64,000 nucleotides of DNA, from the NCBI GenBank assembly GCA_964499705.1, contig CAZCME010000004.1:62001-126000 (forward strand). The letters run 5' to 3'. Position 1 is the first letter of the stretch. Each line of letters starts with the position of its first letter. The position numbers and the translations under genes are program-made. Positions 27,719-37,798 of this stretch are shown here, piece by piece. The notes under the pieces are model-generated. The model made no database searches, was not told the DNA's origin, and saw only the letters and a program-made list of their open reading frames with translations. Source of the DNA: an uncultured bacterium. GTDB taxonomy: Bacteria; UBA8481.

Positions 27719-28421
27719 GGGCAAGTTCCTCCAGATGCGACGCCAGCCTGATGACAAGTCTTTTCGTTTCCACCTTATCCTCGATTTCCGCTGAAACTTC
27801 GAGTGCCCCGCCCAGATCCGAGAGAGTTGCAAATCCGAACACGCCGCAGGTTCCTTTGATTTTGTGAGCCAGTAATTCGATCGCCTTCATATCGTCGTTC
27901 TGCTCCGCTTCTTCCATGGAGCGGCATGCCTTGTTCACATCGCTCATCATGCGCGGTATCAGATGAGGGAAACGGCACGCGATATCGCCTCGGCAATCTT
28001 TGTCAGGCGACGCACCCGTCGTTTCCGCCGAACCATAGGCCTTCCGACGTTCCCGAACCGCCACGGAAACGAGCTCCAGGAACGCGGCCGGCTCGACAGG
28101 CTTGGCGATGACGGTAACAGCTCCTCCTCGCAACGCTCGAATGCGATGGTCGTTGTCTGGCAGGGCGGTTAGAAGGAGGACCCTCGGGCAGCGTTCGATT
28201 TTTCGCAGGCGGCTGATCACCTCGAAGCCGTCCATCCCGGGCATCAGGGCATCGAGCACGATGACGTCGATGCCTCCTTCTCCAACCAGCTCAAGCGCGA
28301 CATGCCCATCTTCGATCTCGACCACGTCGTAGCCCGCTGCCCGGAGGCGAATGGAGAGAACGGAGCGGACGTTACGATCGTCATCCACCACGAGGATTCG
28401 GCCGCGACTCGCTGGATTCAT
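27705..28421 (-). CDS. Receiver plus Hpt domain protein
   Basis: ILVVDDD, LDALMPGMDG, KP; C-terminal LAHKIKGTCGVFG Hpt motif. Confidence 0.87.
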   Translation of the reverse strand: MNPASRGRILVVDDDRNVRSVLSIRLRAAGYDVVEIEDGHVALELVGEGGIDVIVLDALMPGMDGFEVISRLRKIERCPRVLLLTALPDNDHRIRALRGGAVTVIAKPVEPAAFLELVSVAVRERRKAYGSAETTGASPDKDCRGDIACRFPHLIPRMMSDVNKACRSMEEAEQNDDMKAIELLAHKIKGTCGVFGFATLSDLGGALEVSAEIEDKVETKRLVIRLASHLEELAHGNR

Positions 28422-28786
28422 GATCGAGCCAGCTGCGATGCGACCGTTCCCAGAAATTCCTTGTACGCGATCGGCTTTGCGATGTAGCCGTTGCACCCCG
28501 CGGCCAGAATCCGCTCCTCATCACCCTTCATCGCCAGCGCGGTGAGCGCGATGACCGGAATGGCGCTCGTGGATTCGTCTCTCTTCAACACCCTCGTCGC
28601 CTCGAGTCCGTCCATGCCGGGAAGTTGGATGTCCATCAGGATCAGTTGAGGTTGCTCGGCGCGCGCCAACGCCAGCCCGGCCTCCGCATTCACGGCGATG
28701 ACGAGAGTATGTCCCGCCTTCTCCAGCAGCATGACCGCCAACTTCATATTCGCCGGATTATCTTCGACGACGAGTATCTTCGCCAC
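28418..28786 (-). CDS. Single-domain response regulator (DivK-like)
   Basis: ILVVEDNPAN, MDIQLPGMDG, AMKGDEERILAAGCNGYIAKP. Confidence 0.93.
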   Translation of the reverse strand: MAKILVVEDNPANMKLAVMLLEKAGHTLVIAVNAEAGLALARAEQPQLILMDIQLPGMDGLEATRVLKRDESTSAIPVIALTALAMKGDEERILAAGCNGYIAKPIAYKEFLGTVASQLARS

Positions 28787-28787
28787 T

Positions 28788-31277
28788 TCAGGCCGTCCAC
28801 TTCCGGAGAGGCATCGCGCGCCGCACTTCGGCCATAAAGCGGACGCAATCGAATTCCGTCTTCTGCATGATCGCCATCACGAAGCCGTTAAGCCGAGCGA
28901 GATCTTCGGCAGTGATCGTTTTGGCGGTCACGACGATGATGGGAATTTTGGACGTTGCCGCACTGTCTTTCAAAGCCTCGACGACGTCGAATCCGCTCGC
29001 TTCCGGCATCATCAGATCCAGGACGATCAGATCCGGCACTTCTTTCCGCGCCATGTCGATCGCTTCGCGTCCGCCGTACGCGCGCAGAATGGTGGTGGCC
29101 AGACCCATCATGCGAACGGCGATCAGTTCCACGGCCTTCGGATCGTCATCGACCACGAGCACTTTCAGAGACTGGCTCTGCGAGAGTGGAAAAAGCCCTA
29201 GGTCGACAAGCGACTCATGCAGTTCCTGCCTTGATATCGGCTTCTGCATGACGACCGCCGCGCCAAGCGAGATGCCCTTGTTGTGATCGGCCACGATCGA
29301 GATGATGACGACAGGAATGCGCTGCAGTTCCGGCACCATTTTCAGCCGACCGAGAAATTCCCATCCGTCCATGTTGGGCAGCATGATGTCGAGGGTGATG
29401 AGCGACAACGGCTGTTGCACCGCGAGCACCAGCGCGGCCTCGGCGGATGCGGCATGCAGCACCTTGAATCCCTCTGCCTCGAGCTGCACGCGGATCAGTT
29501 CGGCGGATCGATAATCGTCCTCCACCACAAGCGCTGTGCGCGCGCCTTCCTGCGCCGCGATTCGGCGGGGGACCGGAACTTTTCTCGCCCCTTCTTCGGA
29601 CGGCCTGAACGGCAGCCAGACGGAGAAGCACGTTCCCTCGCCCACGGAACTTTCCACCGCGACCGTGCCGCCGTGCAGTTCGGCGAGCAGCTTGACCATG
29701 GCCAGTCCCAGTCCGGTGCCCTCGAATTTTCGCGCGAGGCCGCTGTCGATCTGGCTGAAAGGCTTGAAGAGTTGTTCCAGACCTTCCGGGGAGATGCCGA
29801 TGCCGCTGTCGGTGATACTGATTCTAAGAAACTCTTCGAATTCGTTTTCGGCCAATGGAAATCGACGCCCTCCCGACCATGAACCGTATGAATCGCCGAC
29901 CTCGGCGCGCGGGACGTTGCCGACACGCAGAGTCACCTGCCCGCCTTCGGGAGTGAATTTGACCGCATTGGAGAGCAGATTGTAGAGGATCTGCTTGACC
30001 TTCCTCGTGTCGGCCTGGATCGAACCCAATCCCTCGGCGGCTTCGATGACCAGTTTGATATTCCGGGCCGCTGCCTTCTCGCGGATGATGGACAGGCTGT
30101 TGACGAACATGGAGGAGACCTGCACCGGCTCCAGGTCGAGCGCCATGGCGCCGGCTTCCACCTTGGAGAGGTCCAGAATGTCGTTAATGAGCGAGAGCAG
30201 ATGCTTGCCGCTGTTGAAGATCTCGCCGATGAATCCCCGCTGTTCATCGGTCATGTCGCCCATCAATCCGTCTTTCAGGACTTCCGAGAAACCGATGATG
30301 GCGTTCAAAGGCGTTCGCAATTCATGCGACATGTTGGCGAGGAATTCGGACTTCATCCGGCTCGCTTCCTCCAGTTCGATGTTCTTCTGCTGGAGCGTCC
30401 GCTCGATGCGTTTCAGCTCCGTCATGTCGCGCGCCGCGGCAACCACGCCCTGCAGACTTCTGTCGCGGTCATGGAAAGTGGTCGCGTTATAGGAGACCAC
30501 GGTCAGCTTGCCGTCCCTGGCGCGCGCGGTGAGCTCGTAGTTGGTGATCTTGCCTTCGGCCAGAACGCGGTTGATTCCCGCCTCCGCCCTGCCCGAATCG
30601 GTGAAGTAGTTTTTGAACGGAGCGCCGATCAATTCGTCGCGCGTGCATCCGGTCAGCGCCTCCGTCTGCTTGTTGACGTCAGTGATGATGCCGCGCGGAT
30701 CGGTCGTCATGAGCGCGTCGATGTTGGATTCGATGAGCGAGCGCGTGTAGAAGTGCTGATCGCGGAGCCGTTGATCAAGCTTCTTCCGCTCCTCCTCGAC
30801 CTGCTGGCGCGCCGTGTTGTCGGTGCCGATCAGAAGGTATCCGATGATGACTTCCCCTTCGTCCCGCAGCGCCGTCACCGACACGACGGCGGGAAAGCGG
30901 CTGCCGTCCTTGCGGATGTAGGTCAGCTCGTAGATGTCCTCGATCCCGCGCGAGGCCTTGAACACCAGCGCTTCGAAGCCCGGCGCAATCGGGGTGCCGA
31001 GCTCGACGCTCAGCGCCTTGGCGCGCGCGATCACTTCCTGCGGATCGGAAATGTCGGCCGGCGTGATCTTGTTCATCACGTCGGCGGCCGCGTAGCCCAG
31101 CATGCGCTCGGCGCCGACGTTGAAGATCTGGATGACGCCCTTGGCGTCGGTGGCGATGCTCGAAAAATTCGCACTGTTGAAGATCGCGTCCTGGAGAGCT
31201 CCCGCTTTCAGGATCGTCTCTTCCGCCTGATTGCGCGCGGTGTTGTCCGCGAAGGTCAATAGATCATGGCCTGTCAT
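28788..31277 (-). CDS. PAS-PAS hybrid histidine kinase with two receiver domains
   Basis: Two PAS domains; MSHELRTPL; NLLSNAVKF; DSGIG; GTGLGL; two REC domains. Confidence 0.94.
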   Translation of the reverse strand: MTGHDLLTFADNTARNQAEETILKAGALQDAIFNSANFSSIATDAKGVIQIFNVGAERMLGYAAADVMNKITPADISDPQEVIARAKALSVELGTPIAPGFEALVFKASRGIEDIYELTYIRKDGSRFPAVVSVTALRDEGEVIIGYLLIGTDNTARQQVEEERKKLDQRLRDQHFYTRSLIESNIDALMTTDPRGIITDVNKQTEALTGCTRDELIGAPFKNYFTDSGRAEAGINRVLAEGKITNYELTARARDGKLTVVSYNATTFHDRDRSLQGVVAAARDMTELKRIERTLQQKNIELEEASRMKSEFLANMSHELRTPLNAIIGFSEVLKDGLMGDMTDEQRGFIGEIFNSGKHLLSLINDILDLSKVEAGAMALDLEPVQVSSMFVNSLSIIREKAAARNIKLVIEAAEGLGSIQADTRKVKQILYNLLSNAVKFTPEGGQVTLRVGNVPRAEVGDSYGSWSGGRRFPLAENEFEEFLRISITDSGIGISPEGLEQLFKPFSQIDSGLARKFEGTGLGLAMVKLLAELHGGTVAVESSVGEGTCFSVWLPFRPSEEGARKVPVPRRIAAQEGARTALVVEDDYRSAELIRVQLEAEGFKVLHAASAEAALVLAVQQPLSLITLDIMLPNMDGWEFLGRLKMVPELQRIPVVIISIVADHNKGISLGAAVVMQKPISRQELHESLVDLGLFPLSQSQSLKVLVVDDDPKAVELIAVRMMGLATTILRAYGGREAIDMARKEVPDLIVLDLMMPEASGFDVVEALKDSAATSKIPIIVVTAKTITAEDLARLNGFVMAIMQKTEFDCVRFMAEVRRAMPLRKWTA

Positions 31278-31356
31278 TGCGCCGTCACGTTCATTTCACT
31301 CCACCTTTCCATTCTTCTGCTTTCCCGGCGGAAACCGAGCGTGATCATTCATTCCC

Positions 31357-32655
31357 CTACCAGCGCGTGTAGAGACTGACGGATCCGCTCCGCTCGACGA
31401 AGGAATTATCGTCGTCGTCGTAGGATGCCGCGATCTTCACGCCCCAGCGCGGATGAAAATATTTCTGGATCGCCACGCCGACCCCGCTCGATTTCGTGTT
31501 CTCGACAATGGTGCTGCGGCGCCGGAATTCGCCGCCGGTTCCGAAGCCCCCGTTGACTTCGGCGTAATCATCCGCATTGCCGGCGTAATAGTACCGCGCC
31601 AGCGCTCGATGCGAGAGGCTCGTCTTCGCGGTCGACGGAATAACGAGCGTTTTCCAGCGGAGATACCAGTTGCCGAGGTATTTGCCGAGCCCCGCTCCGT
31701 ACATGTCCACGCCGTTGGCGCCGAAATTCATATGATCGTAGCTGAGCGATGGCTCCCATCCCTTTCCAACTCCCTGCCAGAGCTCGACACGATACGCGTC
31801 ATCGGGAAAAAGGATCGCGTCGGGCGAATACTGGTACCGGAGATTGGCGTAGGCGCGCGGCCAGAGATCGATGTATCCATCCAGGGCGAACGCGTCGTCG
31901 TCCCTGGCGAAACGATGCGCGTGAAGATATTCGAAGGCGAGCGAACCGATGTCGAAATGACGGCGGACGCTGGCGCTGTAGTCATACCAGTCTCCCCGAT
32001 CCGGCGCCCAGTCGCTCGCGCCATACGAAAGACTGCCCGACCATTTATATTCCTCGGGAATGAACGCGTCCTGATTCTGACGGCGTTGGTCAAGCGACGC
32101 GATATACCCGTCGATCTCCGTTCCCGATGCGCCGTGCAGGCGAGCCGCCTCGAAGTCGGCCCGCGCCGCGTCCAGATCGCCTGCCGAGCGCCAGGCTTTC
32201 GCCCGGGCGATGTACGCGCGGGGATCTTCCGGCTTGGCCGCGATCCAGCGCCCGTATGCGCCGGCCGCGTCCCGCGGCCGATCGCTCCAGAGATACATAT
32301 CCCCCAATGCGGACCATGCGTCCGCATATTCCGGTGACTTTGCCGTGACCGCCGTCAGATCCGCCTCGGACTCCTGCCATTTCCCCTGCCACGCGTACGT
32401 GCGACCGCGCGCTAGGAGCAGATCGGAATTATCCGGACGCGTCGCGAGCAGTTCCGTATAGAGCCGGATCGCCTCGTCGCGCTGTTTCGAATACGACAAA
32501 GCCCGCGCCAGCTTGAACTTCGGATCGAACTGATCCGGATGCGCGGCCATCTCCGCGCGGTATTCCATGGCAGCAGAAGTATAATCACTCCGCGCCATCG
32601 CCGAATCTCCATCCGCCATCGCGGCGATGAAGCTCCATACCAATATCAACGTCAT
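31357..32655 (-). CDS. TPR-repeat YaiO-family outer membrane beta-barrel
   Basis: N-terminal TPRs; aromatic beta strands; YLGNWYL; terminal W. Confidence 0.82.
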   Translation of the reverse strand: MTLILVWSFIAAMADGDSAMARSDYTSAAMEYRAEMAAHPDQFDPKFKLARALSYSKQRDEAIRLYTELLATRPDNSDLLLARGRTYAWQGKWQESEADLTAVTAKSPEYADAWSALGDMYLWSDRPRDAAGAYGRWIAAKPEDPRAYIARAKAWRSAGDLDAARADFEAARLHGASGTEIDGYIASLDQRRQNQDAFIPEEYKWSGSLSYGASDWAPDRGDWYDYSASVRRHFDIGSLAFEYLHAHRFARDDDAFALDGYIDLWPRAYANLRYQYSPDAILFPDDAYRVELWQGVGKGWEPSLSYDHMNFGANGVDMYGAGLGKYLGNWYLRWKTLVIPSTAKTSLSHRALARYYYAGNADDYAEVNGGFGTGGEFRRRSTIVENTKSSGVGVAIQKYFHPRWGVKIAASYDDDDNSFVERSGSVSLYTRW

Positions 32656-34133
32656 CTTGCTGCCTCCGAAATCTTCATCTTCATGCTGCGAGCTACCCGC
32701 TTTCTGTCATTTTCACGCTGGCATACTCCATCGAACCCCGTTCGATCCGCCTTCCCCCATTCCGTGACCCGAAAGAGCGAGGAGATGACACCTTTGAAGC
32801 GAAAGACCGTGATCATCTGTCGATAGCCGAAATTTTCGAAGATCGAGAAGAGCAGGAGGCGCACGAGATCGCCCGACTTCGGATATCGGCGGTAGGAAAG
32901 TTCTTCCAGCGCCACGGACGATACGGACAGCACGATCCCGTACACGATGGAGACGGCGAGGAAGGCCAGCACGTATATGACGGGAGGCGTCGCGAGAAAA
33001 ACGACGGCAAGGAATGTGATGTAACCTCCGAATTCGATGACGGGTCCCATCATCTCCAGAAAATAAAAGTAGGGAAAACCGAGGAATCCGATCTTGCCGA
33101 ATTTTGGATTGAAGAGAATGCCCCGGTGATTCGAGAGACTCTCCATGAGACCGCGCTGCCAGCGATCACGCTGCCGAGCGAGGCCGCGGATGGTCTCGGG
33201 CGCCTGCGTCCATGCGATCGGATCCGCGACGAAGCCGATCTCATAAGGAATGTCGTTCGTCCGGCAATGGCGATGAAGCCTCACGACGAGCTCCATGTCT
33301 TCTCCGACGGTGCTCGTCGAATAACCGCCCGCGTCGACGACGACGGAGCGCTTGAAGAGCCCGAACGCGCCGGAAATGACGAGCGTGACTCCGAGGACAT
33401 CCCAGCCCATCCGCCCCGAAAAGAAGGCTCGCAGATATTCGAGAACCTGGAATCCGACCAGCCACTTGCGGGGAAACCGCACCTCCGCCACACGTCCTCC
33501 GGCGATCACGGAATCGTTCGCGATGCGGATGAGACCGCCGGCGGCGATGGTGTCGGAGTTCTCCAGAAACGGCCGGACGATCCGCGTGAGCGCATCGCGC
33601 TCCAGAAGGCAGTCGGCGTCCATGGAGCAGAAGAGCGAAGTGCGGCAGAAATTGATCCCGGCGTTCAGGGAATCGGCCTTTCCGCCGTTTTCCTTATCGA
33701 CGACCCAGAGATTTTCATACCGCTCGCTCCGATAGATCCCCCTGATCTGCATCGTGGGAATATTGGCGGTGTCGGCTCGCGGAACACGGACCAGCTCAAA
33801 TGCAGCCTTCAGACGCGGAAGCATTTCATCCGTCGAACCGTCGTTGACGATCATGATTTCGTAATCCGGATACCGGAGCTCCAGGAGCGACTTGACCGTG
33901 GTGACGCAGGTGAGTTCCTCGTTGAACGCCGGAGCGATGACCGTGATCGCTGGCGCGCCGGTCGATGTGATGAGACTTTCGATATCGAGCGCCTTCAGGC
34001 GGCGCGAATAGCGGCGCAATCCGACGAACGCGAAGATGCTCGTCGCAAGATACGTGGTGTTGAGGAGAAAGAAGTAAGCGAGCACGGCGTAATTGAAGCT
34101 ATTGAGAATCCACCAGGCCTGTTCGTTCGTCAT
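32652..34133 (-). CDS. Processive GT2 polysaccharide synthase (PgaC/IcaA-like)
   Basis: PAFNEE, NDGSTD, KENGGKADSLN, DAD, GEDME, QRDRW; TM helices. Confidence 0.92.
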   Translation of the reverse strand: MTNEQAWWILNSFNYAVLAYFFLLNTTYLATSIFAFVGLRRYSRRLKALDIESLITSTGAPAITVIAPAFNEELTCVTTVKSLLELRYPDYEIMIVNDGSTDEMLPRLKAAFELVRVPRADTANIPTMQIRGIYRSERYENLWVVDKENGGKADSLNAGINFCRTSLFCSMDADCLLERDALTRIVRPFLENSDTIAAGGLIRIANDSVIAGGRVAEVRFPRKWLVGFQVLEYLRAFFSGRMGWDVLGVTLVISGAFGLFKRSVVVDAGGYSTSTVGEDMELVVRLHRHCRTNDIPYEIGFVADPIAWTQAPETIRGLARQRDRWQRGLMESLSNHRGILFNPKFGKIGFLGFPYFYFLEMMGPVIEFGGYITFLAVVFLATPPVIYVLAFLAVSIVYGIVLSVSSVALEELSYRRYPKSGDLVRLLLFSIFENFGYRQMITVFRFKGVISSLFRVTEWGKADRTGFDGVCQRENDRKRVARSMKMKISEAAR

Positions 34134-35494
34134 CGCACCGACTCCGCCAGGACCTGGCGCGCGATATCCGAGCGGGGTTGCTCGATTTCGGCGAGAGTAC
34201 GAAGAGCGTTTTCAGCGCCGAGTTCGCGCAACGCGCGGGCCGCATGCAGGGCGACCCAGACGGAACTGTCGTCAAGGGCGTCCTGGAGGCGCTGGACGTC
34301 CTCGCCGCCGCCGACGCGTCCCAGCGCGCGGAAGGCGAATTCCCGGAGCACGAAATCCGACGAGTCGCAGAAGAGACGCGCTGTGTCGGCATGTTCCGGC
34401 CTGCCGAAGCTACGCACCAGCCGCAGGCTCGACGCGATAAGATCGCGATGAGGATGCGGTATTCCCTCGACCGCTTCCCGGACGGGTTCGACAGGCGCGG
34501 ACGATGCTGCCGCCACGCCCGGATCAAATCCCTCAAGACGCGCCTCTTCCATCTCTTTTTCCGAGGAGCGTGCCGATTCGGCGGAACGCCTCCGCTTCTC
34601 CCGATCGGTCAGCGTCTCGGATTCCTTCTCTTCTGCAAGGACCGTGGCGGCGAGGTCCGCGGACGAAAGGTCGTTCAGCATGCGGAGCGACTCGGCGGCG
34701 ACGGCGCGCACCTGCGAATCATTGGAACGCTCGGCGTAAGCTTTGCGCAGGAGCGGCGCCGCCTTCGGGCCGATCGTCGAGAGCATCGACGCGAGAAACT
34801 TCGGACTCCATTGATGGAATCGGTACAGGCGCAGGATGACCGGCTCGACATATTCCGGGTGCTCCTTCTTCGAAAGCGTCCGCGCCGCGATCATGGCCAC
34901 GAGCGGCGACTCGTCATCGAGCGCGTTCAGGATCTCGACGGAGTAGCGGGAAAAAGCGAGCACGCCGAGCGTCTGAACAGCTCGCGCTCGCTGGGCCGCG
35001 GACTTCATGTGAAGGTGAGCGGCGACGTCGGGAAGAAAGGGGCGCGCCAGTTCGGAAATCTTTTCCAGTTCCTCGCCCTGAAAGCGCATCGTGAATCGCG
35101 TGAGAAAATCGACGAAGTACAGCCTGTCCTCCCCGCGCACATGATCTCCAACGGAGACGGGCAACTGCTCGCCGTTCAACACCGAGACGACGTAGGGCTC
35201 CCATTCCGCCTCCATCCTGATCCAGCGCGCCGCCATCGCGTTGTTGCGGCGCCGGTATGTGACGGCCAGGCCGCAGAAGACGCACGACATGATGAAAAGA
35301 ACCGCGATCGAAGCGATGAGGAAGAGGAGAAACGGATGAGAAAGCGCCACGTTGTACAGGAAATCCGGCTCGGTGAACGACCTGCGGATGGCCGCGGCGT
35401 AGGCGTCCTTCTGGCCCGCGAAAGTCGCGGACGCGGGGGATACGAGCGTGGCCGCAATCGCGCCGCCGAGGAGAATTCGTGCGAAGACCTTCAT
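34130..35494 (-). CDS. Membrane-anchored HEAT repeat protein
   Basis: Signal peptide plus TM helix; repeated LDDESPLVAMIAARTL and LDDSSVWVALHAARAL. Confidence 0.85.
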   Translation of the reverse strand: MKVFARILLGGAIAATLVSPASATFAGQKDAYAAAIRRSFTEPDFLYNVALSHPFLLFLIASIAVLFIMSCVFCGLAVTYRRRNNAMAARWIRMEAEWEPYVVSVLNGEQLPVSVGDHVRGEDRLYFVDFLTRFTMRFQGEELEKISELARPFLPDVAAHLHMKSAAQRARAVQTLGVLAFSRYSVEILNALDDESPLVAMIAARTLSKKEHPEYVEPVILRLYRFHQWSPKFLASMLSTIGPKAAPLLRKAYAERSNDSQVRAVAAESLRMLNDLSSADLAATVLAEEKESETLTDREKRRRSAESARSSEKEMEEARLEGFDPGVAAASSAPVEPVREAVEGIPHPHRDLIASSLRLVRSFGRPEHADTARLFCDSSDFVLREFAFRALGRVGGGEDVQRLQDALDDSSVWVALHAARALRELGAENALRTLAEIEQPRSDIARQVLAESVR

Positions 35495-35548
35495 GAATGC
35501 ACTTCCTTTCAAAAAATCAGCGGCCGAGCGGGCCGGAGCGAGATTTGC

Positions 35549-36982
35549 TTATTTCAACAGACGATGAATGCGAGCCAGGAGTTCGAAGAGCGAGAAGGGC
35601 TTCACGATGTAGTCGTCCGCTCCCAGCTCGATCCCCTTGACGATATCCCTCTCACTTCCCATTGCGGTGAGCATGACGATGGGAATGTGCCGCAGGATCG
35701 GAAGCGCGCGGAGGCGACCCAGGATCTCGAAGCCGTCCATCCCGGGCATCTTGACATCCATAAGAATCATCGAGATCGTGGGATCGAGGGCCGCAGTCAG
35801 AATTTCGACGCTGGAATCGACCTGGATCACTTCGAAGCCAACTCGCTCCAGTCGATGCTTGATGACCGCCACGACGAGCTCATCGTCGTCCCCGATCAGA
35901 ATCTTCTTCCGGGTTGCCGGAGCGTGATCGTCCGACAGAACGATGCGATTGCGCCCGGCTGCCTTCGCGATGTAGAGATACCGATCCGCCTCGGAGATGG
36001 TCTCTTCCACTGAAGCGAATTCCGTCCAGAGCGCGATCCCGGCCGAAAAAGTGACCGTAATCTTTTCGCCGCCGGGTATGGATATCGGAGTCGCACGCAT
36101 GGCTTCGAGCGCCTTGGTCATGGCAAGATTTGCGTCCTTCACATCTGTATTGGGAAAGAAGACGACGAATTCCTCTCCGCCCCATCGCGCGACATAATCG
36201 GAGACGCGGAAAGTTTCCGCGAGAAGATTCGCAGCCGCATGAAGCACAGCGTCGCCCGCGGGATGACCGTGCCGGTCGTTGACATGCTTGAAGTGATCGA
36301 GGTCGATGATGCCGAGAGAGAGAGCCTGCTTGTTCCGGACCGAAAGAGCGGCCGCCTTGTCGAAGGCTTCATGAAACGCGGCGCGGTTGGGAAGGCCTGT
36401 CAGCGAATCCCGTCTCATGTCGCGCATCATCCGGCCATTGCGAGCGAGCTTGGAAGCGACGGCGGCGGCAATCACAGATGAATCCCAGGGCTTCTCGAAG
36501 AATTCGTCCGCTCCACGCGCAAAACAATCCGTCTTGATCTTGTTGCCCTGGATTGCGGAGAGAACGAATATGGGAAGCCCGGCGGTGCGCACATTTTTCC
36601 GGAGGCGCACCAGCAGATCCCGCCCATCCACATCCGGAAGGAGCAGGTCAAGGAAGACAAGGGAGATATCTTCGCTCAGGAGGATCGCATCCGCCTCGGC
36701 CGCTGTAGTCGCGCCGTGAATGATCCGATCCGGGGATTCGAGAAGCTCGCGGAGCAATTCCAGAACGACGGGATCGTCGTCCACGACGAGCACGCCGTAT
36801 TTTGCCTGCTCCATCCGCCCCGATTCCTCGCTCTTCCATTGAGGATCATCCGAAGCGGGAAGGGAAGCGAAAGCCCGGCGCGCATCAGCGACGCCGTCCA
36901 CTCGAATCTCCTTGGCATTCGGAACCAGAGTCCTGGTTCCGAGGTCGTACGCGAGTTCTTCGCTCATGAGGATGACTTCCAT
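35549..36982 (-). CDS. REC-GGDEF-REC diguanylate cyclase
   Basis: DSLTGLPNR, DLDHFKHVND, I-site RVSD, RWGGEEF; flanking receiver domains. Confidence 0.93.
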   Translation of the reverse strand: MEVILMSEELAYDLGTRTLVPNAKEIRVDGVADARRAFASLPASDDPQWKSEESGRMEQAKYGVLVVDDDPVVLELLRELLESPDRIIHGATTAAEADAILLSEDISLVFLDLLLPDVDGRDLLVRLRKNVRTAGLPIFVLSAIQGNKIKTDCFARGADEFFEKPWDSSVIAAAVASKLARNGRMMRDMRRDSLTGLPNRAAFHEAFDKAAALSVRNKQALSLGIIDLDHFKHVNDRHGHPAGDAVLHAAANLLAETFRVSDYVARWGGEEFVVFFPNTDVKDANLAMTKALEAMRATPISIPGGEKITVTFSAGIALWTEFASVEETISEADRYLYIAKAAGRNRIVLSDDHAPATRKKILIGDDDELVVAVIKHRLERVGFEVIQVDSSVEILTAALDPTISMILMDVKMPGMDGFEILGRLRALPILRHIPIVMLTAMGSERDIVKGIELGADDYIVKPFSLFELLARIHRLLK

Positions 36983-37052
36983 TTCTTCAGATTTTCGATA
37001 TCAATGCGCATAATCAAGCAATAGTGATCATAGTTCGTCGGCATGAGAGGAA

Positions 37053-37073
37053 GATATGGGGTGCTACCCCCAC
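37053..37073. promoter_or_regulatory. Putative transcription factor site, copy 1
   Basis: GATATGGGG-TGCTA-CCCCCAC upstream of the DGC gene. Confidence 0.5.
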
Positions 37074-37207
37074 GAATGCGCGGAGGAGGATCGATATCGC
37101 TCCACACAGTCGAGGAAGGAATCATGAGAAGGATCGCCGCGATACCGACGAGCGCGGCAATAAGGCCCCTGCCGCTTTCGAAACGGCAGGGGCGTGAGGG
37201 TTGATGA

Positions 37208-37540
37208 TTAGAAACGTGAACGGAGAGCATCCGAAATCTGATTCACACTGGCGCGGTCGTTGCCGTGAACCTGAATATCGGTGCGGTTCTTGTCCATACG
37301 GAGACAGACTTGAACCTCTTGACCTGATGCCGAAGTCATTTCTACGTGATACGCCGTGGCATACCGGACGTCCATCTTGACGGTGAAATTCTTCCCCTGA
37401 GCGACCGAGAGAACCGCCGTATGCACCTTGTCGAGTCGTGCCGCGATCACCGAGCCGATGGCGTTATCGCTCTCCGCGATGGCCGCTGACATACCGCTGA
37501 AAACGACGCCGATGAGCACCGCTAAAAATATTTTCTTCAT
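37208..37540 (-). CDS. Small exported protein (possibly DUF3568-like)
   Basis: GGAGG Shine-Dalgarno; signal peptide MKKIFLAVLIG...AIA. Confidence 0.72.
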   Translation of the reverse strand: MKKIFLAVLIGVVFSGMSAAIAESDNAIGSVIAARLDKVHTAVLSVAQGKNFTVKMDVRYATAYHVEMTSASGQEVQVCLRMDKNRTDIQVHGNDRASVNQISDALRSRF

Positions 37541-37637
37541 GATTGAATCCTCCCTGTAATTCCTGATCGCCGGTCGCAGACGCTGATTTGCACCGCTCCG
37601 GTTTCAAGTGAAGCATAGCGGAGCGGCGGACGGCCAC

Positions 37638-37658
37638 GATATGGGGTGCAACCCTATT
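37638..37658. promoter_or_regulatory. Putative transcription factor site, copy 2
   Basis: GATATGGGG-TGCAA-CCCTATT. Confidence 0.5.
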
Positions 37659-37798
37659 GAGACCGTTCCAGACCGGGTCGACATCCGGATTTCCCGGCAT
37701 AACTCTGCCCGCTTCGGCGCATGTTTACGCGCTCGCAGAGAGCGGTGATTTCCTCAGGGGTATCACTTGAAGAACGCGGGGGGCGCCGGCGAAACGCA

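Noticed and set aside
36964-37230. 88-aa ORF upstream of the DGC
   Set aside because: It overlaps both neighbours, has no recognisable motif and spans a probable promoter; it cannot be fully excluded.
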